64,000 bases of DNA. It comes from a virus. Its lineage: Duplodnaviria > Caudoviricetes. Below are positions 29,534 to 39,318 of this stretch, piece after piece; the stretch's first letter is position 1; each line of letters starts with the position of its first letter. Made by a program: the position numbers and the translations under genes. The stretch lies in IMG/VR virus record IMGVR_UViG_3300028914_000003, positions 1-64,000 of that record; one strand, 5' to 3'. Under the pieces are notes generated by a model. That model saw nothing but the letters and a program-made list of their open reading frames with translations. It ran no database searches and had not been told where the DNA came from.

Positions 29534-32500
29534 TGTGCCGTCTCTTTTTCAGGATCCTGTTCTGCTGCTGCCTGCACATAGTCCGGATCGCCGACGTGCG
29601 CCTCGTCATAGAAGTTATGGGGCACCATGCTCTTCCGGTAGAAATAGTAGACTCTCGGGTACGGCGCCTTCTTAACCAGCTCACGCGGCAGGCGGTTGCC
29701 CTCCTGGTCGGTGGCTATGCCATAGCCGTCCGTAGCCCTGGGGTACTGCCATGCAGCGCAGCGGCGGAAGCCGTGCTCACGGTCAGTGGGAGTAGATAAT
29801 ACAACTGGAGGATCGACGACATAGGCGCTGGTGCGCATGTAGTCGTCAAGATTGTCTCGGATGCGTTTATAGGCTGATTTTAATGTTTTCTCGCCGACGG
29901 TGATGCCACAGTAGTCCAGCAGGCTGATGGCCAGTTCTCTCTGCGCAATGGGCTGTGCAAGGTGTCGCTCGTCAGCGAGGTACCCGGATATCCACATCGT
30001 GAACTTCTCGTCACGTGAGGCAGCCAGTGCCTGACGAAGCAGGGCACGGCTGTCACGCGGCGGGGTGAGCGTCTCTTCCGGCAACTGCAGGAAGAGCTGC
30101 ACACATCCCAGCAGGAAATTGCGGGCCTCGTTCAGCTGCAGCGACGGAAGGTTCCTGGCCACCTCCTTGATGCCGAACTTCTCCCTGAAGTCATCGGCAG
30201 GAGTGTGGGCAGGTCGAGAGCCATCAATGCTGCGGGGGTGATACCAGTCGGAGACAAGCACCTGATAGGTGCGTCTCGATGTCGACTCTGAACTGAGGTC
30301 CATTTGTTCGTTAGAAGCCACGACGAACTTAGGCAGGGCATCGCCCTCCAGTACCACGCTCGCACGGTACAGGCCGCGCGAGGTAAGAGAGAGCGTGTAA
30401 TTGTACAGGGTCTTGGGCGAAAATCCCTGCGGCAGTTCGTCTATGGCAACTATATTATGAAGGCCAGGCACTACTTTGTCAAGTTCCTGAGTAAGGGTGA
30501 CATTACCACCCTCGAGTGCCTTGCCGTCAATCTTCAATACTTTGCGCATCAGTCCCAGCAACTCCAGGATAGCGGTCTTTCCGGTTCCTCCGGATGCCAG
30601 GTCCTCACGGCGTGTGCCGTTGTCTGTGATATGCAGGAACTGCTGGCGGTTGGCAGAACGGTGGCGCACCAATGCAGAGCCAAGAGCGTGCATCATGGCA
30701 ACGAAGTACATATCCTGTGCCTGTTTCTCTGCTGCACTCAGCGGCCTACCGGAGGCTTCCTTCTCCCAGAAGATGCGCGAAGTGTTATACAGGAAGCGGA
30801 AATGCAGCGGCATCTCCTCGAGCGGCTTGTCGAGAACGAGCCTGTATTTCCATAGCGAGGACCATGAGTCCCACCGCATATTCTCCTGCGCACGTTCCTC
30901 CGGTGTGCTGGCCTTCATCATGATATCCTCATGCTTCAGGCGCTCCGGCTCGTACAGGGGGCTGACCTCTACGCGCCATGCCTGCGGCACCTTCGTGAAG
31001 TTACCTTCGAGAATAGCCTCGGAGTTGGTACGCCATTTCATGCGTGAGTACGGGACAGCCTCCCAGCCTTCCTTCGTGACCTTCACAGCCGTGTTCTCGA
31101 AGAAGAAGTAGTCGAAGTCCTCTCCGAAGCTCTTCTCGGCAAAGTCCACCTCCTCGATGGCCTCGAGTGTGCCCTGCTCCAGCTTTGCCGAGTAGATGGC
31201 GCGCGAGAGCGCACCCTTCTCGTCATTATGCTCCTTATGGGCACGGAGCCATTCGGCCATCAGGTCGCGGGCCTGGGCCACGAGCTTGTTAGGACTGCCC
31301 TTCTCGCCGGGGAAGCACTCTGTATATGTCTCGTTGTTCCCCAGTATGAAAAACCGCGAGAAAGACACCTTGCCTTGGTGCATCACCTTGCGGACCATGC
31401 CGCGGGCACGCAGGAAGACGGGTGTGTTCCTCAGGTCGAACTTGTACCTGGCACGGCCGGTGCCGTCAGCGTCCTTGCGTTCGCTTTCCCATTGCCAGAA
31501 CTGTGTCGTCGGAGTGTCAAAGAGCGCGTTGTCGAACCATTCGACTGGATCGTCATGTTGCAGGTCTGCCGGCATCCTGCCTTCCACTTCCTGGAAGCGG
31601 TTAATGAAGTCTGTAACGTCCTTCAGGTGCTTACCATGCCCGGAAGGTATCTCGGAGAGCTCCTTCGGCAGACGGAGCCAGTGTACCTGCGGTGAGTTCA
31701 GGGCGATAGCCTGGCTGGATGCCAGTCCTGTCTCGTCCTCGTCGTAGCAGACATATAGTCCGCCTTCTACCGTGATGCCCTGCAGTCTCTTCAGCAGAGA
31801 ACGGAGCCATCTGTTGGGACGGAGACCGTCTCCCTTGTTGCTGAATCCGGACTGCTCGGAGTGCAGCCAGATAACATGGGCGTTGCTGTGCGAATACACG
31901 GCGATGGCATCCCTCGGCCCTGAGCACAGCACCACGCGGCGGAAGCGGTACTTCCTGACGTTGCCGTCCTTGTCCTTCTCTATGGCGACAAACGGGTGGC
32001 GCTCGTCCTGCTGCGGGATGACGCCGTCTTTAACAAGGGCGTCGTCAAGAGCTTCCGCCAGTGCGCTGTCAGCATACCACCTGTGGTCAAGGTCGGCGTC
32101 CTCAGACAGGTTCCACCATGTCCACTTCATGCCGGCATATCTGGCCTTCGGCTCGTATTTCTTCACACCGTGTGCATAGCGGAATACGAACATCGGATAG
32201 TTCCTCGTGGCCTTGGCTATGATGACCACTGCCCCACCCTGCTTCGGTGTGTCTCTTTTGATGAAACGGTCTATCGGCTCCACGCCGAAGACACGCTCCA
32301 CCTCTTCGCCCCATGCGGCTATCGTCCTTGTCTCGGCCTTGGCTCCCCGGTAGAAGTCACGGCCCAGCGAGCAACGATACAGAGGCTCTCCGGTGTCCGG
32401 TTCAAACTCGGTAATCAGATCACCGAGACGTATCTCGGCTGCCGTGTTCCCGACTGCTCCCGTGACGTCGTTCTTCTTTGCCCTGCGAGTAGCCATCTCC

Positions 32501-33003
32501 ACCTTCAGTCCCAATGCCTTCAGTCCTTCATCCGTCCATTCTCCGCGCTCGAAGATAGGCTGCTCTCCCGTCCAGTCGGCATATTGCTGCTCCTGCAGGT
32601 GGAACAAATCCCAGCCGACGATGCTGACACGCGAGTTGTCGTACGCGGGGCGGCTGTCGCCCTCTTCTATCAGCTTCACGTCGCAGCGCGTGGCCAGCTC
32701 ATCGAGGACTGCCGGAAGGTCTTCCTTCTTCACCTGCCCTGCAGGGTGCCCCATCAGACGCGCAGCAAGCTGTATGGCTCCATAGCCAGTCTCACCGCAT
32801 GCCATACACTTGAAGCCCAAGTCCGAAGCTCCTTCGCGCAACTGCTTATCAACGACCAGCGAGGGGTGATGGTCATCATGCCATGGACAGAGATAAGACG
32901 CAAACGCTCCGTTCTTCGCTTCGCGCACTGGCACATACCCCCAACCCCTCATCACCTCAATGAGCGGCGTGTCGTTCAGCAGTTTCAAATTATCTTCGGT
33001 CAT
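29530..33003 (-). CDS. DNA primase-helicase (CHC2 Zn finger + TOPRIM + P-loop NTPase)
   Basis: CPWHDD..PS...CMAC; SGPRDA / YDEDETG; Walker A GGTGKT; Walker B AIDE. Confidence 0.85.
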   Translation of the reverse strand: MTEDNLKLLNDTPLIEVMRGWGYVPVREAKNGAFASYLCPWHDDHHPSLVVDKQLREGASDLGFKCMACGETGYGAIQLAARLMGHPAGQVKKEDLPAVLDELATRCDVKLIEEGDSRPAYDNSRVSIVGWDLFHLQEQQYADWTGEQPIFERGEWTDEGLKALGLKVEMATRRAKKNDVTGAVGNTAAEIRLGDLITEFEPDTGEPLYRCSLGRDFYRGAKAETRTIAAWGEEVERVFGVEPIDRFIKRDTPKQGGAVVIIAKATRNYPMFVFRYAHGVKKYEPKARYAGMKWTWWNLSEDADLDHRWYADSALAEALDDALVKDGVIPQQDERHPFVAIEKDKDGNVRKYRFRRVVLCSGPRDAIAVYSHSNAHVIWLHSEQSGFSNKGDGLRPNRWLRSLLKRLQGITVEGGLYVCYDEDETGLASSQAIALNSPQVHWLRLPKELSEIPSGHGKHLKDVTDFINRFQEVEGRMPADLQHDDPVEWFDNALFDTPTTQFWQWESERKDADGTGRARYKFDLRNTPVFLRARGMVRKVMHQGKVSFSRFFILGNNETYTECFPGEKGSPNKLVAQARDLMAEWLRAHKEHNDEKGALSRAIYSAKLEQGTLEAIEEVDFAEKSFGEDFDYFFFENTAVKVTKEGWEAVPYSRMKWRTNSEAILEGNFTKVPQAWRVEVSPLYEPERLKHEDIMMKASTPEERAQENMRWDSWSSLWKYRLVLDKPLEEMPLHFRFLYNTSRIFWEKEASGRPLSAAEKQAQDMYFVAMMHALGSALVRHRSANRQQFLHITDNGTRREDLASGGTGKTAILELLGLMRKVLKIDGKALEGGNVTLTQELDKVVPGLHNIVAIDELPQGFSPKTLYNYTLSLTSRGLYRASVVLEGDALPKFVVASNEQMDLSSESTSRRTYQVLVSDWYHPRSIDGSRPAHTPADDFREKFGIKEVARNLPSLQLNEARNFLLGCVQLFLQLPEETLTPPRDSRALLRQALAASRDEKFTMWISGYLADERHLAQPIAQRELAISLLDYCGITVGEKTLKSAYKRIRDNLDDYMRTSAYVVDPPVVLSTPTDREHGFRRCAAWQYPRATDGYGIATDQEGNRLPRELVKKAPYPRVYYFYRKSMVPHNFYDEAHVGDPDYVQAAAEQDPEKETAQ

Positions 33004-33061
33004 GGTCGATTAGTTATATGGTAAATGGACTTATGCAGCCCGTGGTTTATGATATTGACGG

Positions 33062-33379
33062 CTATTGCTCCTTCTTCCTGGTTCTGTCGTCAAGAGCTTT
33101 CTGGAGTTCGCCGATTCTTTCTTCGTATGCTTGGGCAGTCTTGGCACCGTCGCGCATCATCTGCGCTATCAGTGCGTCCTTCTCTACCAGACGCCGGCGC
33201 TGGTTCTCTATCAGATTCTGATAACCGTTTATCCTCTGTTCGAGATCGCGGTATAATCTGTATGTTTCTTCAATCCTCTGTCGTGTCGCTTCCACGGCTT
33301 TCTTTTCTTGCTCCAGCTCTTCCTGGAACGGGTTTCTGCCGCAGGCGGCCATCATCAGGTTTCTTAGGTATCGTTTCAT
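33062..33379 (-). CDS. Coiled-coil protein, first gene of the leftward block
   Basis: 105 aa from MKRYLRN. Confidence 0.65.
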   Translation of the reverse strand: MKRYLRNLMMAACGRNPFQEELEQEKKAVEATRQRIEETYRLYRDLEQRINGYQNLIENQRRRLVEKDALIAQMMRDGAKTAQAYEERIGELQKALDDRTRKKEQ

Positions 33380-33399
33380 AATTGCTACATTTTCTGCCC

Positions 33400-33480
33400 G
33401 ATTTGTTACAGAATTTGTCGAAATTTTGTAACTTTGCCTGCAAAGATACGACAAATTCCTGAATTTCCACCACATTTTTT
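33400..33480. promoter_or_regulatory. Face-to-face Bacteroidota -7 elements (TAACTTTG + 33429-33436; TATCTTTG - 33441-33448) driving divergent genes
   Basis: Two TAnnTTTG elements 4 bp apart between the replication block and the repressor. Confidence 0.7.
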
Positions 33481-33529
33481 GAAAATTATATCTAATTAAC
33501 GTTACATAAGTTTTAATAAACGTAGCATT

Positions 33530-34225
33530 ATGAACAAAATTGTTAGACTTAACACTAAGCTGATAACGTGTCTGACAGGCGTTTTATTCGTAAATTCGAC
33601 GGATATAACAAACGCAACAACCATCGCCGCATCCACATGGTATTATATCATGAGGAAACCGGAAAGTATATCTGTACAGCAGCTGCTGGCGTTATCCAAC
33701 GGACTGCATATACCTGTCCGCAGATTCTTCTCCACAGATTCTACGGACATCATAGGACGGCGGGAGGACTATGTGGCTGAACCATATCTCGAATGCAGAT
33801 ATGACGACGCAACCCTGCAGGCTATCATCGCAAGCAGGACGGTGACGACCTGGCAGAAGGCAGCCAAGGCGACCGGTATGAGCCGATCGCGACTAAGAGA
33901 CTCGCTGATGGCGGTGACACGTACACCCGTGAGCAGATTCCTGAAAGTGTGCGCATCTTTCAACATCGACCCGTTTAAGATTCTGGTGGACCCTAACCCG
34001 GATGCTAAGACGAAAACAAAAAGACGGGGAGGAGAGACAGCTAACGCCGGAAGCCTGGCAGAAATCGTCGAACTCAGGAAAGAGATATCAAGACTATCGG
34101 GAGCCATCGACGACCTGACTGCAAAATACAATGCACTGTTGGCTGTTTGCAATCGAATGGAGCAAACAGCAGAAAGAGAAATATATGCCGGAATGGCGGC
34201 AGATGATGGCTCTGATGGCAAGTAA
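33530..34225 (+). CDS. Repressor-like regulator with two XRE-type HTH modules and a C-terminal coiled coil
   Basis: SVQQLLALSNGLHIPVRRFF and PVSRFLKVCASFNIDPFKIL; lone + strand gene in the region. Confidence 0.6.
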   Translation: MNKIVRLNTKLITCLTGVLFVNSTDITNATTIAASTWYYIMRKPESISVQQLLALSNGLHIPVRRFFSTDSTDIIGRREDYVAEPYLECRYDDATLQAIIASRTVTTWQKAAKATGMSRSRLRDSLMAVTRTPVSRFLKVCASFNIDPFKILVDPNPDAKTKTKRRGGETANAGSLAEIVELRKEISRLSGAIDDLTAKYNALLAVCNRMEQTAEREIYAGMAADDGSDGK

Positions 34226-34239
34226 GCACGGCCGCGCGC

Positions 34240-34281
34240 AAAAAAAATGGCTACAGCCACCATCGGCTGCAGCCCTATAAT
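34240..34281. terminator. Terminator between convergent units
   Basis: A8 + GGCTACAGCC-accatc-GGCTGCAGCC. Confidence 0.65.
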
Positions 34282-34492
34282 ATATAATGTGCGCGAGAGT
34301 TATCCTATCAGCTCAGGGTGCTTTTCTCATAGTTCATTATTTCTCGTTATCGTGTTCTATCACTTCCAGCCCGTTCTTCCGGGCCCGGTCATAAATATGC
34401 TTGCGTACTTCGTCGTTGGCCACCAGCCACAGGTCGGTCTTCTCCCGCCCGTCCTTGGCGCGCAGGATGATGGGATATACGTTGTTTGTCAT

Positions 34493-34756
34493 TCACTTGT
34501 CGTTATTGTCCCAGCTTGAAGATATCTCCTCGTTGGTGATGTTCCACTCGTACCATATACGCTTGCGTTCACTGCCAATAAACACAATAGCGCTGAACCG
34601 CTCACACTCGGATCCGTCGCCCTGCTTATAGACCTCGTTGTCATCTTCGACGTAAATATCCTGTACTGTTATGCTCTTCGGCTCAATGGCATCGTACTCC
34701 CACGCTAAAATTTCTTTCTTGACCTGCTTGATGGTCAAATCTTCAAATCGTTTCAT
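34493..34756 (-). CDS. Hypothetical acidic protein
   Basis: 87 aa. Confidence 0.6.
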   Translation of the reverse strand: MKRFEDLTIKQVKKEILAWEYDAIEPKSITVQDIYVEDDNEVYKQGDGSECERFSAIVFIGSERKRIWYEWNITNEEISSSWDNNDK

Positions 34757-34769
34757 AGTCGTATTGTTT

Positions 34770-35287
34770 TTAATTGTTTCTCAGTTGCGGATAAATTCTC
34801 ATAATCTCGTCGTTTATGCGACGCTGTAAGATGTCGTGCGCCTCGCTGATGCCAGTCTTGCCGTAGAGCTTATATAACTCATTCTCATACGACGTACACT
34901 CGTGGCGCAGATAGTTCGTCGTGATGCGGCGCAGGAAGTCGGGGTCTGAGTCAACACCAGCAGGTGCAGCATCATCCAGTCGAAGTCCGTCACAGGCACA
35001 TGAATTTCAACCGTCTGCGCAAACTCCTTCGCCTTGTCCGTCTTGGTCTTTACGGCCTTCTGAGCCGATGTCTTGCGACCAGCCGACTTCTCCTTCTCAG
35101 CTTTCCACTCTGCCGTGCGCTCTACCTGGTTCACCCGCTTTGCCAGCCACAGCCCCATTGGTGCTGCACTCTTATAATGCGGGTTCGGCTTCGTCATGTC
35201 TGGCGCACCCAGGAACTTCTTGACCATTGCGTCCGTCCATCCCCTATTCTTCAGGTTCGGCTTCGTGATATACTCGTCGTTTGCCAT
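34770..35287 (-). pseudogene. Phage gene (LKNRGWTDAMVKKFLGAPD...) frameshifted at a 39-bp segment identical to part of the J-domain gene
   Basis: 34955-34993 = 46877-46915; downstream frame VDSDPDFLRRITTNYLRHE...RNN* ends at 34770. Confidence 0.7.
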
Positions 35288-35468
35288 ATTCTTGTCCTCC
35301 TTATTTCACTATAACCGACCGTGCGATGGTCTTTCCGTTGTTTGTATGTACGGTCTCTTGTCCGTGACCCACCTTCTTCACGAGTGCGTAATAGGTGGTC
35401 TTACTTATCTCTGCCTTGTGCCCGTAGGCGTCTTCCTTGTAGTATTTCATAATTTCGTCCTCCTATAA

Positions 35469-35795
35469 TTACACCCAATACTTCTCCAGTGGCTCGGCAC
35501 TATCGTATGACAGCACTACCACCAGCGCCTTTGCGTTCTTGTCACCGTACCAGTCCTCAAAGTCGGCAGACGTACAAGAGTTTGCCAACAGTGTATTGTC
35601 GTACTCCTCTTCGTCCATCAGTTGCACGTCGCCCTTGAACTCTTCCGGCAGGTCGTCCACCTTCATATCCATGCAGGCCGTGTTGTCCGTATGGATTCTA
35701 TGAACAAACTTATCCAGCTGTGTGAAACGGAATATCTGAACCTCTGCAGCCTGCTTTGCCAGTTCCTGCACTTCTTGTCTTGTTTGTGTAAGCAT
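35469..35795 (-). CDS. Hypothetical protein
   Basis: 108 aa. Confidence 0.65.
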   Translation of the reverse strand: MLTQTRQEVQELAKQAAEVQIFRFTQLDKFVHRIHTDNTACMDMKVDDLPEEFKGDVQLMDEEEYDNTLLANSCTSADFEDWYGDKNAKALVVVLSYDSAEPLEKYWV

Positions 35796-35814
35796 AATTT
35801 TGTCCTCCTATAAA

Positions 35815-36420
35815 TTATTCCCAATCAACAATACGTTCGTACTTCGTCAGGTGTCCGCAAGGGGCACCATACACGAACTGCGTACCCATACAGCCTCCGA
35901 CACTGATCGGCTGGTCGAGCTTGATGGTGGTGGCCGTCCTGCCGTCGCAGTCGTACTGGCTACACTGATAGCCGATGGTCATCTTCGGCAGTTGCCACAA
36001 TCCCCAGTTCTTCGTGTTCAGGTAGCGCAGCAGGACATAGACGGTCTCGGCCTTGGTCTCCACGACGTCCACGCCTTCAAAGACGGCCCGGTACTCTGCC
36101 TCCGCCATGCTCGTGGCTGCCATCTGCTGGCGCACCCGCTCGGCATTAGCCTTGCGGCGGATCTCCGCCTTCACCTCGTTCATCTCTGCAATCATAGCCT
36201 CGAGGTCCTCAACGTCCTCGCACTGGCTGAGCAGGCCCTCGATGCCTCCGGCCGTGATAATCAGCGAGCCGGCGTTCCTGTATGGCCTGGTGTCTTTTTC
36301 CTTCTCCCAGTGGTCCATGTTCTTCAGGCTGAAATACTCACGGTAGATGTCGAGCGTACCGTTCTCGTTCTTCTCCACGCGATAGATGACGCGCTTTGTC
36401 TTGAAAATCTTAGTTGCCAT
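35815..36420 (-). CDS. Hypothetical protein
   Basis: 201 aa from MATKIFK. Confidence 0.7.
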   Translation of the reverse strand: MATKIFKTKRVIYRVEKNENGTLDIYREYFSLKNMDHWEKEKDTRPYRNAGSLIITAGGIEGLLSQCEDVEDLEAMIAEMNEVKAEIRRKANAERVRQQMAATSMAEAEYRAVFEGVDVVETKAETVYVLLRYLNTKNWGLWQLPKMTIGYQCSQYDCDGRTATTIKLDQPISVGGCMGTQFVYGAPCGHLTKYERIVDWE

Positions 36421-36460
36421 AATTCCTAAGTTAAAAGGTTTTGTGTTAAATCGTTGTAAC

Positions 36461-36500
36461 TGGGTGCAAATATACAAAATATTTCCGAAACTTGCACCCA
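36461..36500 (-). promoter_or_regulatory. Promoter (TATATTTG) overlapping inverted repeat TGGGTGCAA-N22-TTGCACCCA
   Basis: Direct inspection. Confidence 0.6.
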
Positions 36501-36794
36501 TTTTGAAAAATAATTGTCATCACACTTTGATTATGCCGGCTCTCATCAGAAGATACACACAGCAAAAACCAAAAATCCAATTCGCCATAGTCGTTTATTT
36601 TTTAGTGAAATATTTACGCCACCCTCTTGTAGCGGTTGCGGGTGTAGTAGGGTACATGGAGGTTCTCGCGCCACACGGGGCGATGGTTCTTACGGATGCA
36701 GGAGGCGAGGAGCGTTAGCAGCTCCTGCATGTCTGCATCCATCTCAATTTTCTTTGTCATAGCCGTCTTGTTTTAAGTCTTAAAAATCGCACAA

Positions 36795-36828
36795 TAAATA
36801 AGGGCCAGCCCTTTTTAAGGACCGGCCC
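36795..36828 (-). terminator. Terminator after hicB
   Basis: GGGCCGG...CTGGCCC hairpin + U-rich tail on the minus strand. Confidence 0.6.
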
Positions 36829-36863
36829 ACTGCCGAGTACTTGCGTCGTCAAACAATAAGAAC

Positions 36864-37271
36864 TCAGACAGCCATGAGACGGCGGCCTATGCTGTGAAGG
36901 CCGTCGATAATACGCATACGCTGCTGCTCACGAGGAACCTTCAGGCCGTTGGCATAGTGGCTCAACAAGCGCTGGTTGATGCCGGTGGCACGGCTGACGG
37001 CAGAGAGTGGTACGTCGGGCTGAAAGGACTGAAGCAGCGCGGCGGTCGTCAGTTGGAACTCCAGCTCGTAGTCCTTGTCGAGATACCACTGCGGCACCTC
37101 TTCGCCGCGCTCGATGTAGCCTTCCATGTGGAAGTCCAGCGTCTCCTGCGCCTCGCGCTTCGCCTCCTCAAATGTGGCAGCGGTAAACACTGCCGCACCT
37201 GGCACGTTGTCGCCATACCCGCCGCAATAGTTCTTCTCGCACCAGTCGATAGTTACAATCACTTTTTCCAT
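36864..37271 (-). CDS. hicB: HicB-family antitoxin with C-terminal HTH
   Basis: ATFEEAKREAQETLDFH; LSAVSRATGINQRLLSHYANG. Confidence 0.85.
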   Translation of the reverse strand: MEKVIVTIDWCEKNYCGGYGDNVPGAAVFTAATFEEAKREAQETLDFHMEGYIERGEEVPQWYLDKDYELEFQLTTAALLQSFQPDVPLSAVSRATGINQRLLSHYANGLKVPREQQRMRIIDGLHSIGRRLMAV

Positions 37272-37291
37272 ATCCGTTTCGTTTTTAGAGT

Positions 37292-37489
37292 TTAATTCTT
37301 CCATCCGGCCTGCTTCCAGATACTGTTCAGATTACCTTGCGACATGACGTCGCTCTCCTTTCCGTTCACTGTTACCAGACCTTTCTTCGTAGGATGCTTG
37401 AACTGGCGGTGGTCGCCCTTGATCCGGTCGATATACCAGCCGTCCTTCCTCAGCAGCCTGATAACTTCGATTACCTTATACGCCTTCAT
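37292..37489 (-). CDS. hicA: HicA-family mRNA interferase toxin
   Basis: LRKDGW...KGDHRQFKHPTKKGLVTV. Confidence 0.9.
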   Translation of the reverse strand: MKAYKVIEVIRLLRKDGWYIDRIKGDHRQFKHPTKKGLVTVNGKESDVMSQGNLNSIWKQAGWKN

Positions 37490-37516
37490 AGCCTTCGTTC
37501 TTATTGTTTGACGCTG

Positions 37517-37585
37517 CAAAGATAGTAAATATAATACTTTTTATCAAACGTTTCGCGGGAAAAGATAGTATATTTAATACTTTTT
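37517..37585 (-). promoter_or_regulatory. hicAB promoter (TATCTTTG) with duplicated operator AAAGATAGTAwATwTAATACTTTTT
   Basis: Copies at 37518-37542 and 37561-37585, each with an AGTA..TACT palindrome. Confidence 0.7.
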
Positions 37586-37942
37586 AGCGTTATCACACAC
37601 AACACAATGTTTTAGAGTCTTGCTTTCAGCGCTTCGTAGCGTTTCATTTCCATGAGGTAGGCCATCTGTGCATCGCGGTTGCCGTTGTCGCGATGGGCGG
37701 TGGCTAACTTATACAGGCGCTCGGTGTGTGTATCTATTGCCTGTTTCAGCATGTCGATGTCTTCTTTGGTCATAGTCGTGTGGTTTTAGTTGGGTCACAT
37801 TTCTTCGTACTCTATTCTTTCTCCAAGCTGTCTGGCAAGTTTCTTGAAACGTCTTACGCCATTCCAATCTACGTTGCTCGTGTCTTTGTAGTTGTATCCA
37901 CCGCTGGTGAACCACCTGACATAATATCTCTTTGCCATAGCC

Positions 37943-38359
37943 TCACTTATTTTTCGGTTCCTTGTAGTAGCATGTCACTTTCAGACCGTCCTTGGCCATG
38001 TACTTGGCCAGCGTCTGCATTCCCTTGTAGTAGATATTGAGCTTGATATTGCGCAGCTTGCCACAGAACAGGCCCTCGAAGTTGTCCTTTTTCAGGCAAC
38101 GCTTCATGTGTGCTACGTCCACAAAGAACATCTGCAGGTCGTGATGCCAGGGCCTTTTAGGGTCTTCCGGATTGGGGTCTTTCCATACGTGGATGGCGCA
38201 CATCAGGCAGTTGCTATCCCGTATCTGTATGGGATATTTCTTATACACCGGGCGGCCTTTCTCGTCTTTCTTCTCAACGTACTGGTCGCCTTGCTTCTCT
38301 CTCACTGGTTGGCACAGGGTAAGCGTGCCGATGGTTGTACCCGTGTAAGTTAATGCCAT
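37943..38359 (-). CDS. Hypothetical protein
   Basis: 138 aa. Confidence 0.7.
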   Translation of the reverse strand: MALTYTGTTIGTLTLCQPVREKQGDQYVEKKDEKGRPVYKKYPIQIRDSNCLMCAIHVWKDPNPEDPKRPWHHDLQMFFVDVAHMKRCLKKDNFEGLFCGKLRNIKLNIYYKGMQTLAKYMAKDGLKVTCYYKEPKNK

Positions 38360-38373
38360 AGTCGTTACTTGTT

Positions 38374-38805
38374 TTAGGGTTTATAGATATAACTTCCGTA
38401 GTCGATGGAGTGCAGGCGCATGGAGCGCTTGTCACTGTCCGATAGTTGCTTGTCGCGGCTTACGAGGCGAACCTTGAATTGTTCGTTCTTGCTGGTACGC
38501 GGGTCGTCCAGATCGCTGTAGGCTCGGCAGGCCATGAGGTGACATGTGGTGTAGTTGATGTCGCACACATCCCTTCGCTGTTCGGGGTCGTAGTGCAGGT
38601 CTTTCATCACGGCTTTGCCACAGAGGTTGATGCGGACGGGAGCGTTAGTGGCGTAGTCGCCGACGTTGCACATCCATACGCCGTGATAGTGATACACCAT
38701 GTCGCTGTCGATGGGTATTGTCACCCAGTACCACGATGTGGTGCAGTTGGGCGTGTCGAATGGCAGCAGCACCTCGACGTTGATGTTTTCTTTCCAGTAT
38801 GCCAT
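38374..38805 (-). CDS. Hypothetical protein
   Basis: 143 aa from MAYWKEN. Confidence 0.65.
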   Translation of the reverse strand: MAYWKENINVEVLLPFDTPNCTTSWYWVTIPIDSDMVYHYHGVWMCNVGDYATNAPVRINLCGKAVMKDLHYDPEQRRDVCDINYTTCHLMACRAYSDLDDPRTSKNEQFKVRLVSRDKQLSDSDKRSMRLHSIDYGSYIYKP

Positions 38806-39061
38806 AGTTGTAAAGTGTTTATAAGTTCGTGAATTGCTTTGCCACAAAGGCATCGTCCTCGGCTTCGTCGGCGGAACGGCTCCAGCCTGCGAGTTCACTC
38901 TTTGCCTGCGGCTTGTTTTGGGGTTAATAAAAACCCGACGGGGAAACCTCCGGGCACTGTCTGTTGTTCGCGTTTAAGAGTTTGCCCACTTCCATACGTT
39001 GGCGAGCAGGAGGAATAAAAGGATCCAGTTTGTCAACATGTCGTTTTTCGTTTCAAAGGGT

Positions 39062-39307
39062 TTATTGTTTTTGTTTTACAAAATGTCTACCATTAATTCT
39101 CTTGTATTTCACGTTCCTGTCAAAATGCTTAATAAGCATACGCATTTGTGCGTCTGTCAGATCTGGGCAGTCTAAGTACTTGAAAGCCTTAGCGTCACCT
39201 TCGCGATCTCCAAAGTTACGAAGAGGGAACCACTTGTGCAATCCCCTCTCGTCAGCCATGAGTACACAGACCTCATAACCATCGTTCCAGTTTATTCCAA
39301 ATTGCAT
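39062..39307 (-). CDS. Hypothetical protein
   Basis: 81 aa from MQFGINW. Confidence 0.6.
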   Translation of the reverse strand: MQFGINWNDGYEVCVLMADERGLHKWFPLRNFGDREGDAKAFKYLDCPDLTDAQMRMLIKHFDRNVKYKRINGRHFVKQKQ

Positions 39308-39318
39308 TGTCGCTACGA

